A stretch of DNA of 60,000 nt, taken from contig OZ076413.1 of the NCBI GenBank assembly GCA_964187785.1, positions 46,316,001 through 46,376,000 on the forward strand, read 5' to 3'. Positions 25,780 to 38,561 of this stretch are shown here, piece by piece. The position numbers and the translations under genes are program-made. Within the stretch, counting starts at the first letter, position 1; each line of letters starts with the position of its first letter. The notes beneath the pieces were generated by a model, which saw nothing but the letters and a program-made list of their open reading frames with translations, had not been told where the DNA came from and made no database searches. This stretch comes from Amphiscolops sp. MND2022 (taxonomy: Eukaryota).

Positions 25780-28700
25780 TTAATGTTTAGCAGCACTGGA
25801 ACTTTGTGTACTAGCGACAGATGAAGATCTCGACCGAGAAGATTTTCGAGCTAGTTTTTGACGTTTAGAACAAGAGGGCACCTTCAAGGCAGCCTCATCA
25901 ACCACGGAACGTTCTTCATCACTTATCTTCTGACCGGAACTTCCTGCAGACTCAGATTGGATTGTGCGATAAGTGGACAGAAGGGACTTGTAGATTTTTG
26001 ACAGTCCAAATTGGTCAACGCTTACCCAAGGATCGTACGTGGGAGAGAATGCGGACTGACCGAAGGAAGCTGATAGCTGCGTGAAACGGATAAGATTAGC
26101 TTCGTCCACACAGAGATGCACCCACCCTGGGACATTGGACTAATAACTCTGCCCTGGCAAAATGACGTCGGTAAAACGTCCCTGATGACCCGAAGTACTG
26201 ATTCCACCCATCTTCACAGCTGGATAAGTCGGGCTAACGGTCGTAATGCACAAACAACACAACTTGAATAAGTAGGAAAGGTGTTCCTGTGACTGCAAAA
26301 ATTCGAGATTCATCATGAACTCGATCAAATCCTGAGCAGCATCAGTGACTTCGAAATCAGCCGAATAATTGGCACGAAGATAATCCAAAAGGGCAATGTA
26401 CTGGTCCCGACTTGTAGGCTCATTAGCAGCAAGGACCCAGGAACGGCGCCGGAATGTGCTGTAAAGGATGTCGAAATGGCGGAGGCACACCTCAGTTGGC
26501 CGCTTAAGCAGTAAGTTTGGATCAAAAGCTGCCAGTCCTTTGATGATGTAGGAACTGAGTCCAGTTTGTTTCAATACCGCACCAATCAAATACTGGATGT
26601 ACTTGAGCACATCCTGGGTGAACTCGCTCTTGATGGTACTAGCAGTCTTCTGAATTACGCTGCGGTCAACATGCTTTCCAGAGTGGACGCCTTCGGCCTT
26701 TTGCCTTGCAGCGATACCGACTTTGTTAGTCATCTGATGTCGGATGAAAAAATCTTCTTCTGCCTGGAAAGTTCCCTCGCTGGTCTGAAAGCTCAGAAGG
26801 GATAACCAGGCGCTCTCTAGCGGAACAGTGTCAGCGGTATAACACCGGAAACACAGCCGGTGGATGAATCGCGAAACCTCCCCACACAAGAAGAAAGTGG
26901 CATCGCGTCTGTATTGCCCGTTCACTAGGAAACTGGAATTATCTGCAAACAGGAAACCCCTAAAGTTGATCCTAGAAAAGAAGGACATCCCTAAACCCGC
27001 TATGGGATACTAACAATCGCTGACTATCCGATAGAAGAGCTCTAGTTTGACCAGCATGAATGCGTCACATATCAGGGACCATTCGAAACTTTGGACCTAA
27101 ATACAAACGGGCGGGTGGAGCTCGGAAATTTAAATGAGTGGCCCCTACTACCCTTGAATGAGCCATCTTTAACAAATTACCTACCCTAGTACGTGCTCCT
27201 TGTCCTTGTTGTGTTGGGGCATGTAAGGTGAAATAGGAGACAACGGCTTTCAACTCATCAATTAGCTCTTGACAAACTGCTGGAAGTGTTGGGAGATCAA
27301 GTTTGCAAGTAATCACGGCCTAAAATAAAACCAACAGTCTTCCAATTTTTGGGCATACGGTCGGATACGATCTATCTTGTAACTACCCCTCCCACTTGCC
27401 TAGTACGAACTACGATGGCTCCCGTAAGGGAAAGAATAAGGAAAGGAATATCGCGCTACAGTTACCTGGGTCAATGCAGAACTCCTTTGCATCCAATCCT
27501 CAGAGAGTGAGTTCCCAAGAGAGATCATCAATGTCTTGAGAACAGAAAAGAAGTCTATATGTCCGAACACGTTGTAGCTGGTTTTGTGCATCAGCTTTGA
27601 GAGGCTCAGTTGTTCGAACCGGAAGCAGCTTTGCACTCCGCGAGCGAAATGAGGGGATTGGTCTAATGTTTGCAGCAATTCCACAGGCACTCCAGAGCAG
27701 GCTACTACGTCAGCCCTGGTTAAAAACAACTGACAACAATCTGGCCAGGGATCCTAGCTCACCACTGATCTCAGAGGCTGGAAGTCCACTCCGGCAAATA
27801 AGCACGCGACACAGACTTTGACCTTTCCAAAAGCGGACCGTCAAGAACTGATTCAGGCCATTGTCCTCATACTCTATGCCAAAGCACTGTTCTGCAGTCA
27901 CTTGGTCAGCTATGTCGGCCATGGCACAAGTGAAAATGTGTTGAAAGATAACCTGAAAAGGAACAAACTTCTGAATAAAAGGCGCTCACGGGGAGTGCTG
28001 AAAACTGTAGAACTGGAATGAAACTAACAGTAAGATGTTCTTCCCCCCAATCGAAATCGCAGAGGCTCGCCTGGTGGTCGGTGAAGGAACTGATCCGTGA
28101 CCACAGGTTTCGTAGGAGGGACAAGTCGCCTTGGGTCCGAATAAAGTCAGCTACTATGCACAGTTGCGTTTTGGCTCTGGACTCAGGGGTGATCATTGGG
28201 GTGGTTCGTCCTTTAATAAAATCCTCATAGAAAGGGAAACGCTCACCAATGTCAACTAACTCAGCGTGGATGAATTTTGGCAGTTCCTTAGCCAATTCGG
28301 ATCTATTCAGGAGTTTGCCGTTGCGTCCTCGTACCCGATGTTGAGGTTTGTTGCTCACTGGATCCACACTCTTAAGGTGGGTATATCTCCACTTCTGATC
28401 CTTTCGTAGATGTTTCTCCGTGCGATGGTGCCTGAGGATCTCCATGACACCTTTTGACTTGATGGACATGTTGCGTTTACAAATGTGACACCACACCATG
28501 TGGGGATTATGGAGTGGGTCAGCGGGCCCCGAAATGAATGAACGGGTCCACCCTATCTTGGAAAAAAATTCCTCACGCATAGGGACCCCCCGTTGAATCC
28601 TTCGACCCTTTGACTTGGCCAATTTCCCTTGAGGAAACCGTTGAGATTGCTCTTCCAGAGTCTGGTCTCTAACTTCACGAAGAGTGGCATCTTGACTTGA

Positions 28701-30027
28701 CTGCTGTACTCTGCTGATTCCGGATTTTGGAGAGGACTTGTTAATGGAGTAATCGATTGTTGATGGTTTGCTGAGCCGTTATATTGGACTTTTGGAAAGT
28801 TGAGGCAATGAGGGCAAGCTCTCCAGCGCTATCACTGTCCTCAAAGGTGGCATTTTTGTCAGACGAGTTAGTCTCAGTAGGCTTGGATTTGCTCATATCA
28901 GTTGATTCAGCATCACTGCTATCACTCTCAGCGACTCGAAATGGGGTAGAGGCACGTGTCCTGGATCTGAAATGTTCAGTTCGGGAAGGGGCAGATAAGG
29001 GCATCCCTTTCACTGCGTCGATAACCATGCGTTCCATAGTGGTATATGACATCCTCAGTGTTTCATCGGACATTATTCTCAGCAAGTGATACATTTGGGA
29101 CTCTGAGAAAACTACGGCTGGATGTCCATGGGGGAGATTGAAAGTCATAGCTTCTGTGAAATATGACTTCAGCAATGCCCGACTTCGTCCGGACAACTCA
29201 GGAAGACTATCATCTACACGCCTGGCAGCTGAAGTAGAAGGAGCATTTCGGTGGGACAGTTGAGACTCAAGACCGGATTCGTCCCCTCCTTCCGTTCCTG
29301 ATTCTGAGCCAAAGGGAATGTGGCTATAGAGTTCGGGGCAGTGTTGTCTGGTTACTTCAGTATTTGAATCACTGTCGTCTTGGTAGTCCAGGAACCTGAC
29401 TCGCTGGACCCCCTCAGGCAAAGCAGGGACATCACATATAGATGATTCTTTTTCATCGCTGGTTGTCACCTCAGAAAGGACTGTCTTTCCCGGTTGTGCA
29501 GAAGAACTGGGAAGAAGCTCCTGCAGCGTGGTCCGTGAGGTTGTTGCGACTTGTAGTCCAGACTCTAGGTTGCTCAGACTAATATCTGTGATCGTCTCAT
29601 CTCCCGGTATAATCGGGGTACTGGCCCGGGGTTCCGCCCTCCGGTCTTCTCTCTGAAAATTTGGGCCTGCTGGCGAACCGACTAAAGCGTCACGCGCCTG
29701 TTGTGACTCGATGTGTTTCACCATGGTCTCAGCAAAGGCATTCACGTCTGTCTCACTCTCAACGCTAGGCGGAGAGGTGAGAGTAGGTTCCTGTGCTGTT
29801 TCTCCTATAGTATTAACCGTTCAGACCAAAGAAGTAGGGCAGGCAGGGGCCGGAGTAGGAGTAATACCCAGGATAACGTGGGATTCATCTAAAGAGACTG
29901 ATGTCGGGGTTAATTCGCCGGGAATGCTGGAAGTGTTGTTGGACTGCATTTGGGATTCATCTTCTATCTGATTCACTAAACAAAAGGAGATGAAGTTTGG
30001 CGGTGAGCTTCCTTGAAAGAAACCCAT
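25780..30027 (-). pseudogene. Antisense multi-exon gene inside element 1: low-complexity N-terminus, C2H2/BED-like zinc finger, hAT-transposase-like body
   Basis: Minus-strand ORFs tile 4.2 kb; WCHICKRNMSIKSKGVMEILRHHRTEKH finger; frame-preserving GT-AG introns 27953-28028 and 27320-27465 (probably also 26943-27180); in-frame stop at 26140 and a few frameshifts; 5' end uncertain. Confidence 0.75.
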
Positions 30028-31081
30028 TTTACCGCATTAGAAAACTTCCGGAAGTGCTTTGAAAACTCGAATGATAACGTGTTATCACGTGTCCACTAAT
30101 TGAAACAGGAATCATTTTGTGAACAAATTTAGCCCTGATCAAGTTAAATTAAGTTCAAAGGTGAAGCAAACCAGACTTCAGCTGAAGACATTCTGTTCCG
30201 AATCACTTATTGTAGATGTCCCAAATAAGACGTTCAAGATGTGGGACTTGGCCGCGATCGGCTTGAAAACGGGATCCGGGGTTACTCCAAAGAGAAGAGC
30301 TGACGAGGATGCTATGGATGTGGACAAGCAACTGACAGTTGGGAGATTGCGAATAAAAAGACAAATATAAGATGATAGGAAGCAAATGGAATTAAAATTG
30401 GATAAAAGAATTGAAGAAGTTGGAAAGTTGGAGTTCGTGGCTGAAGGAAATTACCAGACTAATATTATTTGATTATTTATATATTTTTTCTGAACATGGA
30501 GTCTGCCAGCGAAATGTACAAAGATCTTCATTATCTGCAGCTTACTTAGTTAATGGCCGGTTATGGCTGTTTGCCTTGTTTCGTTTCGACGTTTCGTCCA
30601 GTTACCCAAGTTACCCTTAGTTAGAATTTTCGCCATCTTGGATTATTAAGATTTATTATTTTCGCCATTTTTATTATTCAATTTTACAATTTTTCAAGGC
30701 TTAGTTCTGATTGGCTGAAGCCATTTTGAGAAAACTTTGCGACGCATGCCGTTAATTGTTTACAAGCGACCCGTTAATTACCCAATTGAGACTGGTGTAG
30801 TTGATATTAATAACTCAAGCGTCATTCACACCTCTCATAGTGATGATGCTGATGAGGGGTAAACACTGAAATATCAAAGGAAGCCGCCTAATAATGGAAC
30901 TCCGTTCTGAAAAGTTTATGACAGATCAGGACGATTAACCGAAGGTCCAACCGCCAAATTGGAAACTTCGGGAAAACACCTTACTCGGCTAAATTCTCGG
31001 ATTTGATAAATTCATTCTACCCTAAAACTTCATCACGATACAGTTGCATCTACAAGCTTCAAAATAGCGAAAAAAGCCATC

Positions 31082-31863
31082 ATGAGTAAAGACAACCTCG
31101 CAAGGAAGTTATTTGACTTTGAAGAATACGATTCTGATAACTCTGGTAAATCAGTAATCTACATATCCAGTAGTGAAGATGAGTCCTCGGACTTGGAAAT
31201 CGATTGTTCGACTGACAACGAGCAACTGATAGCCCGGATTGAAAAGGAAGTTACTTCTAGCCCAATGTTAATCGGGGGCAGAATAATGACTATGGATGAA
31301 CCCGAAGACGAAGCGAGAGCTGGACCAAGTACGTCTCAAATGGAAGAAGGGGTGACACCGAAACTGGGCCTTAAATACTTCGATAGGGAAATGTGCTATG
31401 CCCCGCCAAGGAAATTCGAGAAGAAGCACATAGATCTCTGTAACACAATAATGCCCGTCTTGGAATCACCTATGTCCCCCCAGAGCACGAAAGGGGTCCA
31501 AGTGTAGACACCCCCCTTCTCCAGCCAGCTCCGAGCAACTTTCATGCGTCGTACCATCTACAGAATTCAGTACCCTACCAGAATGTCAGCGAGGTACGTT
31601 ATACCGGATGCATGGTTTGTGGCCGGTCGGTGGACTCGATCAAAGACGAAAAGGTGAAATGGTATATGCAGCGTTCTACACCAAGAGACGAACCCGAATA
31701 CATAACGAGACTCAGAAAGGAAGCAGATGAAAACGGACTTAATGCCGGCTGTTTTCTCTTCATCACACCCGCAGTGTCGCAGGCTGCCGCCTGTGACGGT
31801 ACGACAGTGACTACATCGGCAAATGGGCAAGAGTTTGTGCCCGGAACACTACCCATCTATTGA
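31082..31863 (+). pseudogene. Accessory ORF (~260 aa if one frameshift is repaired), acidic N-terminus and CxxC motif, ends inside the 3' LTR
   Basis: The 141-aa ORF 31082-31507 joins the open frame ending 31863 by adding one C in the C-run at 31476-31481. Confidence 0.6.
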
Positions 31864-33690
31864 TCAGGTTAAAACACGGAACTTAAAAACTTTTTGCCAT
31901 TTTGATTATTCAATACATAGTACGTTTGTTAATGTTGCTGGTCTTAATATATATTTGCATATGTAAAATTAGTCTGTTAAAACTACATTTGAAGGCCCAA
32001 AACAATGTAATTGTGGTTCAAAAGTTGAAAGGTGCTTTGCGATTATGAAAGTAATACGTAGCAATATAGCTGTACAACGTAAAGGAAACGAGTTCAAGTG
32101 ACGCTCAGTGATAATCCAAAAACGTCACTCGAGCTCATTCTCCCAACCAATCACAGCGCTTCAATTCACGAGTGCAATATGGCTTTGATTTGGTAGCGGC
32201 CGAATATGGCCAATTAACTTAATGTCCACAGATTGTTTTGTACTTTGGTCAAATGGCCGGTTTAGGTCGTCTTAACGTAATGAATGATGCTGTATTACCT
32301 GTACCCCATAATTAACCACATTGGTTGGGGATTATTCTAGAAGTATTTTAATATTGAAATAATACCAACGTACCCTTCAACGGACCAAATGAACTAAATG
32401 TTGATCAAAGGCCGAATAGGGTCTTTTACCTTTTCTCCCCTTAGTATTGTGCTATTAACCAGGATTTGGCCAATTTCGGCCCTTTTTGGGAAATACCCCT
32501 ATTTAGTGATGCAGTGATATTTAAATAGATTAGACATGTATTATTTGAAGTTGCTTCCCCCTACGATGACCTATAGCCACGTGGTGGCACGTGCTAACAC
32601 TGCATACCAGTGCTACGAGCCTCGCATTCCAACAACGAGCTTAACATTTGTTGACATTGCAATAATAATATGTAGAATAGATATGTTGTTTGAAGTACCG
32701 TTAAGGATATTTACCATTATGTTGATTGTTTGATGTTACATTTCGGGAGACAAATATGTCAAGAATTCTCCCAATCAGGATTTCACAGAAATATGTGATT
32801 GATGCTTTCCGATGATATAGGAAATATGTAAACGGAAATTCTTATGGTGCAAATACCTTTCAAAACCATACCTGTTAAATACCAGAGATATGTAAAAATC
32901 AAGTGCATTACATACCTCACGATGTCAACCTTGGATGAAAATATGTAAAATATGTGAGTGTCACCCGCTCAGGGGTATAAATACCGGTGTTTAGCCTGAG
33001 CGGGACACAATTCATATTATACGACTCTAGAAAAGATTGATTTCCAAACGGCTTCGCTGTTATTTCCGTATTGAATAATTTATTGTTATTTCGGAATTGT
33101 TTCTATGCCTACTACTAGAAAACAGAAAAAGGCAAGAAAGTCAAGAGGACTCGAGATGTTGTCAGATATCGAGAACATAGACATTATGTTAGGAGAAAAT
33201 CATTTTAACACAAGAGAGAGAGAAAGTAGCTTGAACAGTAACTTGCCTAGAAGGTCTAGAAGCTTTGCAGGCAATGAATCTGAGAATGAAAATGCAAATG
33301 TAAGTAGAAATCAGAGAAATGATCACTCTAGAACAAATACCGAATATGACCAAAATTCAGTTACAGCCAACTCTAGTGCTGAGATTAACAAGTTGTCAAG
33401 TGAATTGAATTCCCGCATTTCACGGGAAATGGACGAGATGATGAATTCTGTGAGTGTTCAGATTCAGAGGACCATAAATGATGCGATAAGTACTCAGATA
33501 CTTCCTCAAATCCAAAACGCTATTATGGCCAGATCGGGACATGGGACCGGAAAAGGATGGGGCGTTCCGTTCGAGAGACCGGAACTAAATTCCGAAGTTC
33601 AGCGAAACTTAAATGCGAAAAATAACTCTAGGAATGAACAGGATGAGAATCAGTTAAACAATGACTACCCTGATCTAAACGTTCATGACA
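31775..33690 (+). repeat. 3' LTR of element 1
   Basis: Direct repeat of 17303-19218 followed by TSD GTTGA. Confidence 0.97.
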
Positions 33691-33695
33691 GTTGA
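33105..33695 (+). other. Truncated copy of the gag N-terminus (196 aa) carried by the 3' LTR
   Basis: Near-identical to the first 195 codons of gag; the stop codon comes from the TSD (GAC A|GT TGA). Confidence 0.9.
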
Positions 33696-34199
33696 ATATG
33701 ACAGGATGAACAATATTGTGTTGGAAGCGTTGGAAATCATTTAATCGCGAATTGGTGAAGTCAAAGCACAGCGTTGTACAACTGGTCAATCTGGAGGTAT
33801 TTGGTCCCTTGTATTGCCAGCATGACAAAGCACGTGACTTTAGTGACCACTTTAGAAGTTATTCCCGGAACACTTTTTAGACGGTATTCTTTGGACATTA
33901 TTCGCGCCCCCACTAGCAAATTCAGAACTGCCAACGTAAAGCAAACATTACATGTACAAAAATTAACAAAGTAGGTCTCGAACATCAGAATTCAAATTAC
34001 TAGCTTTTAGTGCTGTTACAATCAATATGTATGGAACTTAAAGAGGTTAGCATATTTGTTGTATGGCTCGGTCGCTTCGCTACCTTCGCCAAGTAGCAAC
34101 ATTGAGGCATGCTTCGCTTCGCTCCTGCATTTAGGGCACTAGGGGTATGTGAACATAGCTGACGACGTTATAATATTAGGGACCACATTTAGTCAGAAG

Positions 34200-34840
34200 T
34201 ACTCTAAAGGGAATAATATCTAATTGTGGGAAAAATAAGATATAAAGGAAAAAGATCTAAAATTTCAGGACGGAAATAACATCAAAAGGAAATATCTAAA
34301 ATCACTAAATTTTAGATCTCATTCCCCGTTCTTAAAAATAAGATCTAAAATTTTTGGACGGGAATAAGATCTAAAGGGAATAAGATCCGAAATCACACAC
34401 TAAATTTTAGATCTTATTCCCCCTTCTGAAGAATAAGATCTAAAGGGAATAAGATCTGAACTTCAGGACGGAAAAATGGTCTAAAGGGAGTAAGATCTAA
34501 AATCGTTGCATTTTAGATCTTATCCCCCCTTCTTGGGGGAATAAGATCTAAAGGGAATATGATCTAAAATCACTGAACTTTAGATCTAATTCCCTTTCTT
34601 AAGAAGCAGATCTAAAGGGAATAAGATCTAAATTTCAGGACTGGGAAGAGACTGAGAAACAGTCGACACTGGCAGAGCTACCAACGAGCAGGTGCATAAA
34701 AAAGTCCCATTCACGATAACACATCAAATAAATGAGCACAAAACCATGTTGGATGTCTCTCGAAATTTATCAAAAATAAGATCAAGACGTCGAAAAGACA
34801 TTTGATTGATTTAGATCATATTCCGTTAGATCTTATTACT
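34200..34840. repeat. Array of gggaataagatctaaa motifs in both orientations (MITE-like or minisatellite)
   Basis: Many exact or degenerate copies of ataagatctaaa / tttagatcttattc. Confidence 0.85.
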
Positions 34841-35059
34841 CCTCTCCGGGAAAACCCATTTTTCTATCATTATATCCGGTACTATTGAGACTAGAAATAG
34901 TCTCGACTGTGGGAATAGTACCGGAACAATTATTCTGACCATAACCCAGTGCTCATGGTGCTCACATAATTGATACAAAATACGCTTGAATCTAGACGTT
35001 TCCTACTCAAATTCAAAATGGCCGCGCCCATTTGCAACTTCGAATTTTTCATCGAAATA

Positions 35060-35220
35060 TCTCAGGGACTGCTAAGGACTGCACCAGGACTGGTAAGAAC
35101 TTGCGAAATTTTCGAAAACTGGGGAAATCCGAAATCCTTGGCAGTCCTTAGAATCCTTGAGTTATCCTGCCAAGAATTTGGAATCCTTGAGTTGTCCTGG
35201 CAAGGACTTAAGTCCACTGG
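35060..35220. repeat. Short inverted-motif cluster (aggact / agtcct, aatccttgag), MITE-like
   Basis: Repeated motifs arranged head-to-head. Confidence 0.45.
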
Positions 35221-37320
35221 AGTGTCAGTACGGGCGTCAGCTTTATGGTTTTTGCTGGGCGTTAAAGTGCGTCAATTATTCAATTACCTGTATCATTCAT
35301 TGATGATATTGCTGATCGATGAAATATCGATCATCGTTACTAAATTCGTCTACTTTTTTCCGATGGTTTCACTGTACAGGCTTAGCTCGGTATCTTTGAA
35401 AGTCCGGCAGCTAAAAAAGCTCATTCCATTCCAATAAATCAAGTCTCGAGATTTTTTTAGATTTGAAGATTTTCCTTCCAAAGAATATTCACAAAGCGTG
35501 ACATGAGTCTCCGCAATTTTCAACTTTAGCTTCTTGACCAATTGCTGATACTATTTCTAACTATGCGAGGTCTTTCAGAAATGAAAATGAAATATGAACC
35601 TTGAAATTAGGAGTGTATTGACTGCAGTCATCAAATAAGCAAAAATGGATTGCTAATTCTGATTTTGTTGTCAGCAAGTGCTTTTTGTTAGAGTCAGAAC
35701 TAAAATTGAAACTGCTAAATTTTCGTGAAACATGGTTAGAGCTCGAAAAAATAGCAGCGAATGTTACAACAATCTAGCTGTGTTTCAAAGAATTCGTTTC
35801 TTTTTCTGAGCCAATTTTCATTCAATCATGCTTTTCCTATCTCGAAGCCCATCATAATTGAAAACTTGGCTGGAATGATTGTCAAACGGATCTCAATTGT
35901 TACCAGGTGCACCTCATGAGGTATCGAATTATCTCAGTTCTTGAAGTATTGTCACACTCTCTTGAAATGTTGAAATTACTCATGTGTTAGCAGGATCGTC
36001 ATCTGCTTCGCAACAATCATGTCATTTATTCATAATCATAATGACGTGTCTCTAGGACATACTTCAGGAAAGACTATGAGGTTTTTTAGTATTGTCATTT
36101 CCAAAATTACGAAAAGCATTTTCTTTCTGAAAAAAATCTGCAAAAATGAGTGAATTTAACCAGCACAGATCATGATGTGTTCTTCAACTTCCCATCTTGA
36201 TCATTTTCAATTTCGAACTTTCAGTTGAGTGGAGTTTTTGGATTACGATGGCCATAAACACGGAAACGAGGGTTCCAAAGAACTTCACGAGTGGTGAAAA
36301 AGTTGCAGTGTATCCGGAGTTTACAATATTACACCTTGCCGAGACATTCTTTGAGTTTAAAGTTTACCTATTAAAACGACCCCAGCTAAATCGACTGATT
36401 TTTGTTCACTGTGCATACTTTCTATTGAAGCCTTCAATAGAAAGTATGCACAGTGAACAAAAATCAGTCAAAAATTTGTCTGAGACACGTAATAAAGACA
36501 AAAGAAAACCATAGACCTCCCAATCCATGTACGTTTTTAAACTACTTTGATACTTTTATAATAAATTCTGAGGGAGTTCTTTATTACTATAAATTTTACT
36601 ACTCGCATTTAATTTGTTCACCGATCCTCTAGAAAGTACATTTTCTCAAACTTGTTTCTAGCATGTGACGACAAGACTTAGCGGTCATGATGTGAACTTG
36701 TCATTACAAGTTCTCTTCGACACATTACAAAAAGTCATTGGACAAAATGATTATTGGACGGTGTCAAAACTAAAATATCAAATATTGTCTTTCCGATTAT
36801 GAATTTTATTTCAGATGTTTTTGTTTAACCAAGACTGAAACAAACCCCACCACTGAACGTGTCGAATGACATTGATTTGATTATTGCGCAATAAAATTCA
36901 ATGTTGGTTTGACATTATTATTATACTTAGCTTTCCTGGAACCGATCGCTCAGTTTATAGGAAGGTTCGAGACACTCGGAGGGAAATGAACTTGGCCTCC
37001 AGAACTTTTTGCTCAGCTTGCTAACAGTTTAATTTTTCTCTTGAGGACTACTGATAATAAAACGCGATTAGACTTGGCGTTTTTATTTTCACTGGGAATT
37101 TCTAATCTAGAGGTGAAAAACCTTTCATTACTAACCAGCTATGGAGAAATCTTGCAAATTAAGGGGTCAAAACAATGAGAAAAATTGCATTGAACTTTTG
37201 CATACATTATGACATTAAACACCAACTCCTCGGAAATTCCAATCTGGGATGATTTCGAAATTTTATACGCATGAAAGCGCAGCCTAAACGTCACATTTGC
37301 ATTAACTATATGATTTTTAT

Positions 37321-37569
37321 TGTTATACGGTGAAGTACCGCGCCCGACTTTGTTCAGTTCACCAAGTGCCAATCGAACTGGAAAACGATTATTGATCAAC
37401 AAACTATAATTGTTCCCATTTTTTGTTGATACGTATTTAAATACACATATGTATGCTAGATTATTTTCGATTGGAACCATAGTGGTATAGTTTTGCTATA
37501 AAATACAGTTTGGGACAAGAGATACTTTGGTATTGCAATTCGTCTTTTTTATCTTACCAAGTGAAAACA
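37321..37569 (+). repeat. 5' LTR of element 2
   Basis: TGTT...AACA termini; homologous to ~47547-47795. Confidence 0.75.
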
Positions 37570-37574
37570 GAACC

Positions 37575-37588
37575 TGGCGCAGTCAGCA
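37575..37588 (+). other. Primer-binding site of element 2 (tRNA-Ser-like)
   Basis: TGGCGCAGTCAGCA 5 nt after the LTR end. Confidence 0.75.
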
Positions 37589-37652
37589 ATCTAATTTATC
37601 TTAATTTTACCGAAACAAAGAAACAATCACACAAGAAGCAACACAACTCGAG

Positions 37653-38480
37653 GTGTCGAACTTTGAAGCAACAACAGACGGAAAGAAAATCTTTACACCG
37701 AAACAATGGCTTGAGCGATTCCGGCAATATACTAAACAAAAATATAAAATGGACATTGCGGAACTAATCCGGGGAAAAGAAATGACACAAACCGATTGGG
37801 CAACTAAAAAAAGCCAGATACAAGATGACTTTGTATGGGGTATCGGCCCAGAAGCCCTATACCGAATGACAAGAGCAGAAACCAAGACCGAGACGGACAA
37901 AATGGCAATTAAAGATTTAATTCGGTTATTCAACGAATATTTCTTATCGAAAAGAAACACATACAACCACGGAGAATGGACCAAACAAACCGAAGCTGAG
38001 ACACCGGAGGATTTCTGCCGGAGACGAATAGAAATGGAAAAGCAAAGTAATTTTGAACGTATAACAGCCGAAGAACTGCTCAACTCGGTCAACAGGGTCA
38101 AATTCATGACCGCAATTAGGGACAAGAAACTCCCAGACAAATTAATGAAAGAAAAGAAACCCCAAATGAAGAAAACGATAGACATGATTAAACAGAATAC
38201 ATGCGAAAAAAAAATTAACAAGAACTCAATACCGGAAGCACTAATATCGAATCGAAAAGAGAAATCAAAGACGAACCAATACAAAGATAGGACAAATTCA
38301 AAACACGACCGAGAAAGAAATTCAACAAAAACAGACATTGTAGATTCTGTAATGCACCAAACTGGAGCCCAACTCACAAATGCCCAGCACTCGATCAGAC
38401 ATGCAATGACTGCGGGAAAAAGGACTTCGCACGGACATGTAGACAAAGAGAAATCAATGAAAATAAACTCCGGAACGTAA
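37653..38480 (+). pseudogene. gag: Gag remnant of element 2
   Basis: Capsid-like ORF; frameshifted Cys-His boxes CRFCNAPNWSPTHKCPALDQTCNDCGKKG resemble those of the Mag clade. Confidence 0.8.
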
Positions 38481-38561
38481 CTGATACTGGAAATTCAACA
38501 ATTGGCGAAGAAAGTGACGAATCAGAATCGAGTATAGGTAGAATTGAAAGAATAAACAGAA

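Larger units (their letters stand above)
17303..33690 (+). mobile_element. Full-length 16,388-bp Ty3/Gypsy LTR retrotransposon with accessory genes (element 1)
   Basis: Two 1916-bp LTRs TGTC...GACA; 5-bp TSD GTTGA at 17298-17302 and 33691-33695; gag and PR-RT-RH-IN domain order. Confidence 0.97.

Noticed and set aside
25780..31863. env gene in element 1
   Set aside because: No signal peptide, furin site or transmembrane anchor is evident, and the main ORFs are antisense or nuclear-protein-like
34200..34840. Possible CRISPR-like array
   Set aside because: Repeats occur in both orientations with irregular, mutually similar spacers, no cas genes and a eukaryotic context
37607..38446. 279-aa hydrophobic minus-strand ORF
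   Set aside because: Antisense shadow of the A-rich gag strand; the same applies to the other minus ORFs in 38400-47400
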